Shown here: positions 51,950-61,349 of the stretch, piece by piece
How positions within the stretch are numbered: the stretch's first letter is position 1
Layout of the letters: the number at the start of each line of letters is the position of its first letter
Notes under the pieces: model-generated
Told to the model about the DNA's origin: nothing
Databases searched by the model: none
The model's input: the letters and a program-made list of their open reading frames with translations, nothing else
Assembly: GCA_051003155.1 (NCBI GenBank)
Contig: JBPCLO010000026.1
Location: 64,001 to 128,000 of the forward strand
DNA length: 64,000 nucleotides
Reading direction: 5' to 3'
Source: Fimbriimonadales bacterium
GTDB taxonomy: Bacteria; Armatimonadota; Fimbriimonadia; Fimbriimonadales; ATM1
Program-made: the position numbers and the translations under genes

Positions 51950-54436
51950 TTAGTTTTTGACGATCTGCTCTTCTTCTTCCTTGGCACCGCCATTGGTGCC
52001 GGTCGCCTTGCGGAACAGGATTTGGCCGTTCTTATCGAGTTCCACGAGAACCGTATCGCCGGCCTCGAACCGTCCGAACAGAATCTCTTCGCTGAGCGGG
52101 TCCTCGATGAATTTCTGGACCGCCCTGCGGAGCGGCCGGGCGCCCATGTCGGGAGCGTAGCCCTCGCGAGCGAGCATTTCCTTCACTTCTTGAGTGACTT
52201 CGACGACGATCTTGTTGCGAGCGGCCTGCTGGTTCACGCGGGCGATCTGCAGTTCCACGATGTGCAGAATTTCTTCTTGCCTCAAGTGATGGAACACGAT
52301 CACCTCGTCTACGCGGTTGAGAAACTCGGGCCGGAAGAGCTTCTTCATCTCCGCCAGCATCTTGTTCTTCATCGATTCGTACGCTTTCGGGTCGTTCGGA
52401 TCGATCGCCGTGCTGCGGAAACCGAGGCCTTGCTCTTCGTCGAGCGGGCGAACGCCCACGTTCGACGTCATGATGATGACCGTATTTCGGAAGTCCACGA
52501 CGCGGCCTTGCGAGTCGGTCAAACGGCCGTCCTCCAGAACCTGCAAAAGGATGTTGAAAACATCGGGATGCGCTTTCTCGATTTCATCCAGCAACACCAC
52601 GCAGTACGGGTTCCGCCGAACGGCTTCCGTTAGCTGGCCGCCGTCTTCATGCCCCACATACCCCGGAGGAGCGCCGATCAGCCGGCTCACAGAGAATCGC
52701 TCCATGTATTCGGACATGTCGATGCGGACCGTGTTGCTCTCGTTTTCGAACAAGTACTCCGCGAGGGCCCGCGCCATCTCGGTCTTGCCGACACCCGTCG
52801 GGCCCAGGAAGAAGAAGCTGCCCATCGGCCGCTTCGGGTCTTTCAGGCCCGAGCGCGACCGGCGAACCGCACGCGAAACCGCCTCGACCGCGTCGTGTTG
52901 GCCGATAATCCGCTCGTGGAGGTCTTCCTCCATTCGCAGAAGCTTCTGGCTTTCGGTCTGCACTAATCGCGAGACCGGGATGCCCGTCCAGCTTTCTACG
53001 ATGTGCGCGATCTCGGCCTCGCCGACGATCGGCTCGTCATGGTGGACTGCCTTCCACTCTTCTTCGCGCTTGTTGACTTCGGCTTCGAGTTCGTCGATCT
53101 CGGCGCGCAGGGGTGCAATCTTGTCGTTCAGGTCTTGGTGCCGCTCGAGGTATTCCATCTCGCGCTTCTTCTTGTCGAGGAGCTGCTTGTCCTGACGCAC
53201 GTCGAGAGGCGGCAGGCTGAGCTGCAACCTCACGCGGCTAGCGGCTTCGTCGACAAGGTCGATCGCCTTGTCCGGAAGCGAGCGGTCGCTAATATACCGG
53301 TTTGAAAGCTGCACGGCTGCGTCGATGGCTTCATCTTGAATTTCAACGCCGTGGTGGCCTTCGTAGCGATCCCTCAGGCCTTTCAAAATCTCGGTGGCTT
53401 CGTCTTCGGAAGGTTCCCTAACTTGCACAGGCTGGAACCGACGCTCCAGGGCCGCGTCCCGCTCGATGTACTTCCGGAATTCGTCCTGGGTCGTCGCGCC
53501 GATGCACTGCAGCTCCCCACGTGCGAGGGCCGGTTTCATGATGTTCGAAGCATCGATGGCGCCTTCTGCTGCGCCCGCGCCCACGAGAGTGTGGAGCTCG
53601 TCGACGAACAGGATGACCTCGCCATCGGCTCGCCGTACTTCTTCCATAACGCGCTTCATCCTCTCTTCGAACTCGCCGCGATACTTGGTTCCGGCGACGA
53701 GAGCGGCGAGGTCCAGCGCCACAATTCGCTTGTCTTTGATCTGGTCGGGAACGTCCCCGGAAACGATCCGCTGTGCCAAGCCCTCGGCTATGGCGGTCTT
53801 ACCCACACCGGGTTCGCCGATAAGACAGGGGTTGTTCTTGGTTCGGCGGCTGAGAATCTGCATTACACGCTCGATCTCGTTTTGCCGTCCGATCACCGGG
53901 TCCAGCTTGCCGTTCCTTGCCATTTCTGTCAGATCCCTGCCGAATTCGTCCAGGGTCTGGGTTTGCGACCGAGACGCGCGGCCGGCCTTGCCGACCGGGG
54001 TTTCGTTGTCTTGCAGAGCCATGACTTCCCTGCGCGCCTTCTCGAGCTCGACGCCCAGCTTGGCGAGGACTCGCCCTGCGAGGCCGTCTCCTTCCCGAAT
54101 AAGGCCGAGCAACAGATGCTCGGTGCCGATGTAGTTGTTGTTGAGGTTTCGCGCCTCGTCGTATGCGAGGTCGATCACGCGCTTGGCGCGTGGGGTCAGC
54201 GTCATCTCTTGCACAGGCTTGTGATCGCCGCGCGGAAGCTGCTTTTCAACCTCCGTCTTAATTCGGCTTAAGCTGATTCCCAGCTTCTCCAGAACGCGAG
54301 CAGCCACACTGTCCGACTCGCGGACCAGCCCCAGGAGCAGGTGCTCGGTACTGACGTAGCCCTCACCGAATTTCTGCGCCTCTTCCTGGGCGTAGAATAC
54401 GACCTTCCTCGCTCGTTCTGTAAATCGTTGCCACAT
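51950..54436 (-). CDS. clpC: ATP-dependent Clp protease ATP-binding subunit
   Basis: Double Clp-[24 protein letters not shown] and GAPPGYVG. Confidence 0.96.
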   Translation of the reverse strand: MWQRFTERARKVVFYAQEEAQKFGEGYVSTEHLLLGLVRESDSVAARVLEKLGISLSRIKTEVEKQLPRGDHKPVQEMTLTPRAKRVIDLAYDEARNLNNNYIGTEHLLLGLIREGDGLAGRVLAKLGVELEKARREVMALQDNETPVGKAGRASRSQTQTLDEFGRDLTEMARNGKLDPVIGRQNEIERVMQILSRRTKNNPCLIGEPGVGKTAIAEGLAQRIVSGDVPDQIKDKRIVALDLAALVAGTKYRGEFEERMKRVMEEVRRADGEVILFVDELHTLVGAGAAEGAIDASNIMKPALARGELQCIGATTQDEFRKYIERDAALERRFQPVQVREPSEDEATEILKGLRDRYEGHHGVEIQDEAIDAAVQLSNRYISDRSLPDKAIDLVDEAASRVRLQLSLPPLDVRQDKQLLDKKKREMEYLERHQDLNDKIAPLRAEIDELEAEVNKREEEWKAVHHDEPIVGEAEIAHIVESWTGIPVSRLVQTESQKLLRMEEDLHERIIGQHDAVEAVSRAVRRSRSGLKDPKRPMGSFFFLGPTGVGKTEMARALAEYLFENESNTVRIDMSEYMERFSVSRLIGAPPGYVGHEDGGQLTEAVRRNPYCVVLLDEIEKAHPDVFNILLQVLEDGRLTDSQGRVVDFRNTVIIMTSNVGVRPLDEEQGLGFRSTAIDPNDPKAYESMKNKMLAEMKKLFRPEFLNRVDEVIVFHHLRQEEILHIVELQIARVNQQAARNKIVVEVTQEVKEMLAREGYAPDMGARPLRRAVQKFIEDPLSEEILFGRFEAGDTVLVELDKNGQILFRKATGTNGGAKEEEEQIVKN

Positions 54437-54820
54437 ATTGTTCCGTTCTTTGCGTTTGCCTTGCCCTACTCAAAGTATACGTCTAAGGGGATCGTGCGAC
54501 TCAAGGTCCTGGGCCATATAGACGCACGCTCTGGGAAGGGACGGATTCCAGGCCGGAGTCAATTCAGGAAACCGTCGAATAATCGCAGTCGCCGCAAGCT
54601 CAGCTATTGTGTCAGAAAACGACGCCGGTACGTCGGACGCTGATTCGTTGCTCTAATGAACACCCATCGCTTGCATCGATATAGACATTCCCACAATCGG
54701 ATTCGTTCCAAAATTCGTCATTTCGAGCGGAGTGGAGGAACCTGCCAGTTGTCGCTAAATCTATCGTAAGCGGGACAGGGGGTGCCGCGGCGATAGGTCC
54801 GAATGCGCTAGTGTGATTCC

Positions 54821-55177
54821 GTGGCAACGGGCATCCTCACTAACCAACATGATTTTGCTCGTCGACCAGAAGGCAGCGAAGATGTGCTCGGCGTTCATCC
54901 CGCGACGCCTTGTTTCTATGAACTGTTTGCTGTCCGCGAGCACCTGAAGATCGTGGCAACGTGCTTCGATAGGCTCGACGATATCGACGCACGAGGCGAA
55001 CCCTTTTACTCCAAAAAGTACGACCTCTACTCAAAGGCGAACGAGTTCGTGGCGACCCTGAGCAAGGGAATGAAGCAAAGGTGGCTGCCGCGACAAAAAG
55101 TCAGCTGCCCAGATATGCGGTTCGACAACCTTCCGTCGCTACCCACCCAAGCCACCTCTTCAGGGGGACTGGTATAA
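54821..55177 (+). CDS. Hypothetical or degraded ORF
   Basis: Only sizeable ORF in the gap; no motif. Confidence 0.3.
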   Translation: MATGILTNQHDFARRPEGSEDVLGVHPATPCFYELFAVREHLKIVATCFDRLDDIDARGEPFYSKKYDLYSKANEFVATLSKGMKQRWLPRQKVSCPDMRFDNLPSLPTQATSSGGLV

Positions 55178-55178
55178 T
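55170..55178 (+). promoter_or_regulatory. Extended -10 promoter (TGnTATAAT)
   Basis: TGGTATAAT directly upstream of the structured element. Confidence 0.65.
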
Positions 55179-55182
55179 TACT

Positions 55183-55426
55183 GTTCACCCGTGTCCGGTT
55201 TTTTGCACTCTGGTATGGCCGGTGTAGCTTTCGAACGCCACTCTGGGCTTCTCAGGGATGACATGGCACAGTCCGGGGGGGTGACAAGATCGCTGCGAAA
55301 CCTTTTGGCCACTTGTTGTGCTACACGCTTGCGTCATCCCCGTTCAACCAAGCGGGTGCCATGGCGAGGGGCCCGTACGGTGTGAAGCCTTCCCTCCGGT
55401 GGCACGGCGAGATTCGCGCGTGCAAT
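55183..55426 (+). ncRNA. Candidate large, multi-pseudoknotted ncRNA of unknown class
   Basis: More than ten 5-9 bp complementary block pairs; non-Watson-Crick positions read as G-U on the + strand; promoter immediately upstream; no credible ORF. Confidence 0.6.
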
Positions 55427-55557
55427 TTCCAAAATTATTGAGGCCTTCGATCCAATCTGACCGTGGGCGGGCGTGTTGGCGGTTTACCAGTGCACTAGCA
55501 ATAGACCTATTCCTAGTCTTGGTCCGCAGCCTCCATTCTCTACTCCACAGGCCCGGC

Positions 55558-55587
55558 TTGACTCCCGCCCGGCCGAACCTCCATAAT
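55558..55587 (+). promoter_or_regulatory. Sigma70-type promoter for the IDH operon
   Basis: TTGACT-N18-CATAAT. Confidence 0.6.
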
Positions 55588-55620
55588 AGGAGACGTTCCC
55601 CCTTCCCGGAAGGCCAATCC

Positions 55621-55917
55621 ATGATGAAACTCGTCGGTGTCGATGTCTACGTTCAGTCTGAAACGCTTCCTGAAGTGCCCAAACAGCACGGCAAGATGAA
55701 ACTAGTTTTCATTTCCAACCGCGGCACGCGCGTCTCCCCTGAAACGAACGTTGCGCTCATCGACCTGATGCAATGCCGCTACGAATGCGAGGCCGACCTC
55801 ACGGAGGGCGACATCACCGAACTGCTCGTCAGCCTTGACCGAAGCGCCATGAAGTGGACGAAAGCCCAGAAGCTCTGGGCGAAAGACGGCGAGAAGATGT
55901 ACAGCCAGCCTTACTGA
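55621..55917 (+). CDS. Stand-alone isocitrate dehydrogenase C-terminal-domain protein (TT1725-like)
   Basis: LVGVDVY, L.FISNRG.RV, CRY and terminal YSQ match the extra C-terminal domain of long Thermus-type IDHs. Confidence 0.75.
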   Translation: MMKLVGVDVYVQSETLPEVPKQHGKMKLVFISNRGTRVSPETNVALIDLMQCRYECEADLTEGDITELLVSLDRSAMKWTKAQKLWAKDGEKMYSQPY

Positions 55918-55936
55918 GCTTCCCAAGAAAACCACT

Positions 55937-56938
55937 ATGTCTCAAGACGTTTGCATCATTCGCGGCGACGGCATCGGGCCAGAAATTTCCGATGCCGTCG
56001 AAAAGATCATAGACGCAGCCGGCGTCGCGATCAACTGGATTCCACTCGATGCGGGATTGAAATGCGTGGAGGCAGGGGAGCCGATCGTTCCCGATCGTAC
56101 GATCGACAAGATCCGCGACGTGGGCATCGCCCTTAAAGCGCCGATGACCACGCCGATCGGGAAAGGCTCGGTCAGCCCTAACGTGACGCTGCGAAAGAGG
56201 CTCGACCTGTACGCCTGCGTCCGTCCCGCGAGGTCGCTGCCTGGGGTGAAGACCCCGTTTCAAGGCCTGGACATCGTGATCTTCCGAGAGAACTCGGAGG
56301 ACCTTTACACCCAAATCGAATACATGGTCACGCCCACCGTCGCTAACTCGCTCAAACTGATCAGCGAGCCGGCCTCCGAAAAAATCGCGCGCGCCGCCTT
56401 CGAATTCGCCCGCAAGAACGGCCGTCGCCTCGTGACGTGCGTTCACAAGGCGAACATCATGAAGATCGCCGACGGACTGTTCTTACGCACCTTCCAGCGC
56501 GTGGCCAAGGAGTACCCGGACATCGAGAGCTGGGACATCATTGTCGACGCCCTCTGTATGCAGCTTGTGACCAAGTGGCGGCAGTTCGACGTGCTGGTGC
56601 TGCCGAACCTGTATGGCGACATCGTTAGCGACCTGGCTGCGGGAATGATGGGTGGGCTGGGCGTTGCACCCGGCGCGAACTACGGGGATAAGACGGCGGT
56701 GTTCGAAGCCGTGCACGGCTCTGCTCCGAAGTACGCCGGCCTCGATAAGGTCAACCCTATGGCCCTTCTCTTTTCAGCCAATATGATGCTTCGCCACTTG
56801 GGCCACGAAGCGCAAGCCGAGGCCATCGAGGGAGCGGTTGAGCGCACTTTGGTCAAGGGCGTGAAGACTTACGACCTTCTGGGCAACGCGAAAACGAGCG
56901 AGTTCGCGGACGCGATTTGCTCCGAACTTCGGGCATAG
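55937..56938 (+). CDS. icd: Isocitrate/isopropylmalate dehydrogenase family, probably isocitrate dehydrogenase
   Basis: GDGIGPE, SPNVTLRK, RENSEDLY, HKANIMK, NLYGDIVSD and HGSAPKY. Confidence 0.8.
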   Translation: MSQDVCIIRGDGIGPEISDAVEKIIDAAGVAINWIPLDAGLKCVEAGEPIVPDRTIDKIRDVGIALKAPMTTPIGKGSVSPNVTLRKRLDLYACVRPARSLPGVKTPFQGLDIVIFRENSEDLYTQIEYMVTPTVANSLKLISEPASEKIARAAFEFARKNGRRLVTCVHKANIMKIADGLFLRTFQRVAKEYPDIESWDIIVDALCMQLVTKWRQFDVLVLPNLYGDIVSDLAAGMMGGLGVAPGANYGDKTAVFEAVHGSAPKYAGLDKVNPMALLFSANMMLRHLGHEAQAEAIEGAVERTLVKGVKTYDLLGNAKTSEFADAICSELRA

Positions 56939-57066
56939 GCGCGCAAGGAAGCATGGCAACCGGGCAACACCCGAAGGCGCAGATCGGAACTTCACGCGAA
57001 GTCTCCAATCAGAGCCTGAAGCGCTTGCAGGAAACTACCGTGCGCCAGAAACTGGTTAACGTATCT

Positions 57067-57561
57067 ATGAAGCTGCTCTTGCTCATCCCGCTCGCCATAA
57101 TGATTCTTGCCTGCATGTCGCAAGGCATCGACCGATTCAAGGGATTTCTGACTGAGAGTCCGACGCGAGACGACAAGGTCGTGAAAACGGATGCTGAATG
57201 GAAGCAGGTGCTTACTCCGGAGCAGTACCGGGTTCTGCGAAAGAAGGGAACCGAAGCGGCATTTTGCTCGCCCCTCCTGGACAATCACGAGAAGGGCGCC
57301 TATCATTGCGCAGGCTGCGGCCTAAAGCTATTCAAGACTGACGCGAAATTCGACAGCGGCACCGGATGGCCGTCGTTCTTCCAACCCGAATCCAAAGAAG
57401 CGATTTGGCTCAAGCAGGACGTGAGCCACGGAATGGTGCGGATGGAGGTGCTGTGCTCTCGCTGCGACGGCCATTTGGGCCACGTTTTTGAGGACGGGCC
57501 GAAGCCAACGGGCCTTCGCTTCTGCATGAACGGAGAGGCCCTCAATTTTCGCAAGGCATAA
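57067..57561 (+). CDS. msrB: Methionine-R-sulfoxide reductase with N-terminal signal/lipoprotein peptide
   Basis: KFDSGTGWPSF, HLGHVF.DGP, RFCMN and two CxxC. Confidence 0.95.
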   Translation: MKLLLLIPLAIMILACMSQGIDRFKGFLTESPTRDDKVVKTDAEWKQVLTPEQYRVLRKKGTEAAFCSPLLDNHEKGAYHCAGCGLKLFKTDAKFDSGTGWPSFFQPESKEAIWLKQDVSHGMVRMEVLCSRCDGHLGHVFEDGPKPTGLRFCMNGEALNFRKA

Positions 57562-57690
57562 GCCTCCTCGATTGTAGTTCTGGTTGGGCCCGATACCGGG
57601 AGGAATGGTTTTCTTGCTAAAAGACGTCGAGACGGTTGGTGATTCAGTCTTTTTCTGATATTATCTCGATAACGACGTACTCGGTCACGA

Positions 57691-57888
57691 CGATTCGATC
57701 TGAATCAGACAAACCCGGTATGGTCGACGCCGACGACGATGAACTACCGCCGCCGGAACCACACGCTGGTCGTGCTGACAGACGGCACGGTGTTCTGCAG
57801 TGGGGGGAACTTCAGACTCGAGCAAGACTTGGGACCGCTGGGCTACGACTACAAACGGTCCGAGATTTTGGGATCCGGCCACGAACAT
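57691..57888 (+). pseudogene. Kelch/galactose-oxidase-like gene remnant
   Basis: FDLNQTNPVWSTPTTMNYRRRNHTLVVLTDGTVFCSGG parallels FADLYQDPPTWQAAAGMNLGRLNHTMVALPTTDVIVFGG in 59121-61268. Confidence 0.65.
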
Positions 57889-57936
57889 ATGACATCTTCA
57901 GAACGTGACAATGATCAGCTTTCGTCCCTTTCACTC

Positions 57937-59124
57937 GTGCGATTTGCCACTCTTTGTTTGGGCCTAATGGCCGCTTGTGCGTGGATGGCAACACAGGACA
58001 CAACGTATGAGAACCTTGCGCCCGTGTTCGCGGCCAAGTGTGCTCCCTGTCATAGCCCAGGCGGCCCAGCGCCCTTCTCGCTGACAAACTACGAAGAAGC
58101 GCGCAAGCGCGCCGAAAAGATTGGCCTGATGGTGACTTCCTACGTAATGCCCCCTTGCCAGATGAAGTCCGACGTCGGCGAGTTTTGCGCGACCCCTCGC
58201 TTAACCTTTGAGGAAGTGGTCGCCATACGCAGTTGGAGCGGTTCCGGGGCGCTGCAAGGCAAACCGACGAGTCAAGCCACCCGGATAACCAAGGGAAACT
58301 GGAGGCTCGGCCAGCCTGATCTGATACTAAAGGGTGGGACAACGGTACGGGCCGAAGGAGGAGCCTATTGGCGGACGTTTGTTCTCGACCTGCCTCCTGA
58401 GATCTCCCACCTGAAGGCATTCGACATCCTTCCCACTTCTCCGCAGGTAATCCGCCACGTTCTCATTGCAGTCGCTGCTAAAGCGCGGAGGAATCAACCG
58501 ACTATATTCGAAACGTGGGGCAGCCTCGGCCCACAGGTTCGTAATCTAGTGGGAGCGTGGGCGCCCGGCTACTTCCGATGGAGGTTGCCGGCCGGGGTTG
58601 GCATTCCGATCAAAGGACAACACTCGTTGCTCGTGCAGGTTCAGTACAACCCGCTTGGCAGGCCAGAGAAGGGAACGTTCAAGATTGGCCTCTACGCGTC
58701 TCGCCAAGCTCAGAACGAAACGCCGAAATGGCTTTCGATCGGCTCAAAAGAAATCGATATCCCCGCCGTCGGGAGAAGGACGATCCGGGCGAGCCATGTG
58801 CTGGCCGAAGGTATCAAGCTCCTTGCGATCCACCCGGAGGCGCGGCTCGCCGCACGACTCATCAGGCTCGAAGCAAAGCTCGCAGATGGCGGCACAAAAC
58901 AGGTTTTCGGAGGCTCTTGGGACCTGTATTGGATGGGCGCCTACAACTTTGCAAAGCCGCCGATTCTCCCCAAAGGGACCCAATTGAACCTTACGATCGA
59001 ATACACGAACGGCCTAGACTCGATGCATTCGTCGGGCAATCCAAGGCCGATCAAGTTCGGCTACGGTCCGCGAGATGAACTTGCGTGGGTGCACCTGCAA
59101 TGTATCCCGGCGAAGAAGCGCTAG
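57937..59124 (+). CDS. Exported cytochrome c plus copper monooxygenase (PHM/DBH)-like protein (start could be 57889)
   Basis: Signal/TM segment; CAPCH heme motif; APFSL, MPP, LGQPDL, WAPG and LPKGT. Confidence 0.8.
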   Translation: MRFATLCLGLMAACAWMATQDTTYENLAPVFAAKCAPCHSPGGPAPFSLTNYEEARKRAEKIGLMVTSYVMPPCQMKSDVGEFCATPRLTFEEVVAIRSWSGSGALQGKPTSQATRITKGNWRLGQPDLILKGGTTVRAEGGAYWRTFVLDLPPEISHLKAFDILPTSPQVIRHVLIAVAAKARRNQPTIFETWGSLGPQVRNLVGAWAPGYFRWRLPAGVGIPIKGQHSLLVQVQYNPLGRPEKGTFKIGLYASRQAQNETPKWLSIGSKEIDIPAVGRRTIRASHVLAEGIKLLAIHPEARLAARLIRLEAKLADGGTKQVFGGSWDLYWMGAYNFAKPPILPKGTQLNLTIEYTNGLDSMHSSGNPRPIKFGYGPRDELAWVHLQCIPAKKR

Positions 59125-61268
59125 CGGACGCCGAACTCGACAACGTCCACTCGAGCGGACAGCGGCCACACAAAGGTGGGGCCACGTTGAATGTAAGCGA
59201 ATTTTGCTTTCACTGACCCATCGGCCCTCACGTACTTACCCGTGGTGTTGGCAACGACGATTTCATAAATCTTCTCGGTCTGGTTGCTAACCGATGGACC
59301 GGAGACGGATTCGTAAGCGTTGGTGAGCCAGTTGAAGAGGAATATCGTCAAATCGGCGATGCCGCCCGTCTTGCTCTCGATGTGCACCCTCACTTTGGTG
59401 GGATCGGTAACCGGAGCGATTCCGCTTACGACAAATTCTGCGGTCGATCCCGTGAAGCCTGGACCAAAATCGATTCGTTGTCCAAGGTACTGGTTGTCTC
59501 CGAGGAGCAGTGAATAAGGCTGCGCCCAGTTGATGCCCTGCTGCGCTGTACCCTTTGTAAGCGCTCCGCCCGACGGATACACCGGCTCGAAGTCCTTGAG
59601 GTGAACCATTTTCGAGAGGGACGGGATTCCTATGATCCGCGTCTCGCCTTGCGGTCCGAGGTCGGTATTGTCCATGGCGAAGAGCATGTAAAAAGTCGGT
59701 GTTGCGATCTTGGGGGCCGTCGGCGGCATTACCCTCAGCACATTGTTTCCGAGATTTTGGAAGTCAAGCTCGACCACCTGCTGGTTCTCATTGAATGCAT
59801 GGGTCGTCGAACCTAAGGAGATCAGCATCAGTTTGCTGATGGGTCGCCCGCTCGTGACGTTCGGGCTCACCGTTACGTCGAACGTTTCCCCATAGCGGAT
59901 GACGGTGGGGCAATTGACGCCGATCGTCGGTCGGAGCGATTGCCATGCATCAGTCCCCCCGTAAGGTGGTGAGAACAGCTGGACGTCTCGGGTGTTCTCA
60001 TTGCCAGACCCTTTGTCGGCACCATCCGGTTCGCCGCCGCCTACAGCTACTCGGCCATCGGGCAACAGGGTAGCGGTCGAGTGATATCCGCGCGGAATCT
60101 CGTGATCCGCAGGCGTCGGCTTGTTGAACAGCTTCCAAGGGCGCGTCGCTCGGTCGGAAACAAACGGTTTCCACAGCTCCGGAGCGGTTCGAGGCTTTGC
60201 CTCCTCTGGCACAGGTATGCCGTTAGTTCCAAATGTCAGGCTGCCACCGAAAACGATCACATCCGTCGTCGGAAGCGCAACCATCGTGTGGTTTAGGCGT
60301 CCGAGGTTCATGCCCGCTGCAGCTTGCCACGTGGGCGGATCTTGGTAGAGATCGGCAAAGAGGGCGTTGGTGACAGCAGGCTCGTGCTCTCCGGACGACT
60401 CCGCCCCGCCCGACTTCACGATAATGCTTTCCCGAACGCCGCTCCAGTTCTTTGCGTTGATCATGACCGAACTCGGATAGTAGCCGCGAACGTTCATGGA
60501 GCCATTCGGGAAAGTCGAGTAGGTGGACCACGCCAACTTCACCAGATCGAGCTTTTGATTCGGCGACGGGCCCTCATCAGCCCATCCTCGAGCAGCGAAG
60601 AACGGATTGCCGTCCTTGGGGTCGATGAACATGTGGGGGTAGTAGTTGTCCATGTTCCCATTAGGAGGGAAGGCATGGTGGTAGTCTGCGAGTCCGGTCA
60701 GCCAAGGCACACCCACCATCCAAAGGTCCGGAAGGTCGGCCGTCGTGTGTTTGCTTCCACCGATACCCGTGAGAATAAGTATACGGCGATTCGGGAGGGC
60801 CGTAGTCGTCGGGTACCACCTAAGCTGTGTCATGCGACGACCGCTCGTGGTCCAAGCTTGGTTGTTGGGTAAACGATAGTCGAAGACGTTGACCCGATCG
60901 TCACCGTACCCGTTCTCGATTAAATGTCCGCCCGCGTTGAAGAGCCTTCCATCCCAGAGCATCGTGTGTCCGGCGCAGAAGAGATTGGTGGTCGAATTGG
61001 ATGCGTTGCCTACGGTGAAAACGTCATAGGCGTAATTGGTGCCAGGTGATACTGCCGTCCCATAAGGAGTGTCGGGGAGCGGCTGGCCAAAGGAGTAATT
61101 CGTGTTCCAGATGAGCAGCCTTTCGTCGGGCAACAGTGAAATGTGCACGGGGCGGACATACCAGCCGTTAGGCCAATTAATATCCGACCAAGTGCCCAAA
61201 GCTTCCAAGGCGAATGTCGAAGAAGCCAAAGCACACAACGACAAGCTTGTTAACAACCTAATTCTCAT
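59121..61268 (-). CDS. Secreted galactose/glyoxal oxidase-like copper radical oxidase with conserved C-terminal domain
   Basis: FCAGH, RWYPT, RGYHS and TTHAFN ligand motifs; kelch repeats. Confidence 0.9.
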   Translation of the reverse strand: MRIRLLTSLSLCALASSTFALEALGTWSDINWPNGWYVRPVHISLLPDERLLIWNTNYSFGQPLPDTPYGTAVSPGTNYAYDVFTVGNASNSTTNLFCAGHTMLWDGRLFNAGGHLIENGYGDDRVNVFDYRLPNNQAWTTSGRRMTQLRWYPTTTALPNRRILILTGIGGSKHTTADLPDLWMVGVPWLTGLADYHHAFPPNGNMDNYYPHMFIDPKDGNPFFAARGWADEGPSPNQKLDLVKLAWSTYSTFPNGSMNVRGYYPSSVMINAKNWSGVRESIIVKSGGAESSGEHEPAVTNALFADLYQDPPTWQAAAGMNLGRLNHTMVALPTTDVIVFGGSLTFGTNGIPVPEEAKPRTAPELWKPFVSDRATRPWKLFNKPTPADHEIPRGYHSTATLLPDGRVAVGGGEPDGADKGSGNENTRDVQLFSPPYGGTDAWQSLRPTIGVNCPTVIRYGETFDVTVSPNVTSGRPISKLMLISLGSTTHAFNENQQVVELDFQNLGNNVLRVMPPTAPKIATPTFYMLFAMDNTDLGPQGETRIIGIPSLSKMVHLKDFEPVYPSGGALTKGTAQQGINWAQPYSLLLGDNQYLGQRIDFGPGFTGSTAEFVVSGIAPVTDPTKVRVHIESKTGGIADLTIFLFNWLTNAYESVSGPSVSNQTEKIYEIVVANTTGKYVRADGSVKAKFAYIQRGPTFVWPLSARVDVVEFGVR

Positions 61269-61349
61269 CTCTTCCTCCAGCGAAGCATGACCTTAAATGA
61301 TACAGCAAACGACGGCGACCCGTTTGACCTAATCATACCAGGGCCAGGC

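Noticed and set aside
55183..55426. RNase P RNA, tmRNA or SRP RNA
   Set aside because: GAGGAAAGTCC, tRNA-like ends and GGAAGGAAGCAGC signatures were not found on either strand
55434..55587. Second folded domain extending the ncRNA candidate (GGGCGGG/CCCGCCC and flanking pairs)
   Set aside because: The 3' arm coincides with the TTGACT-N18-CATAAT promoter and there are few helices; left unassigned
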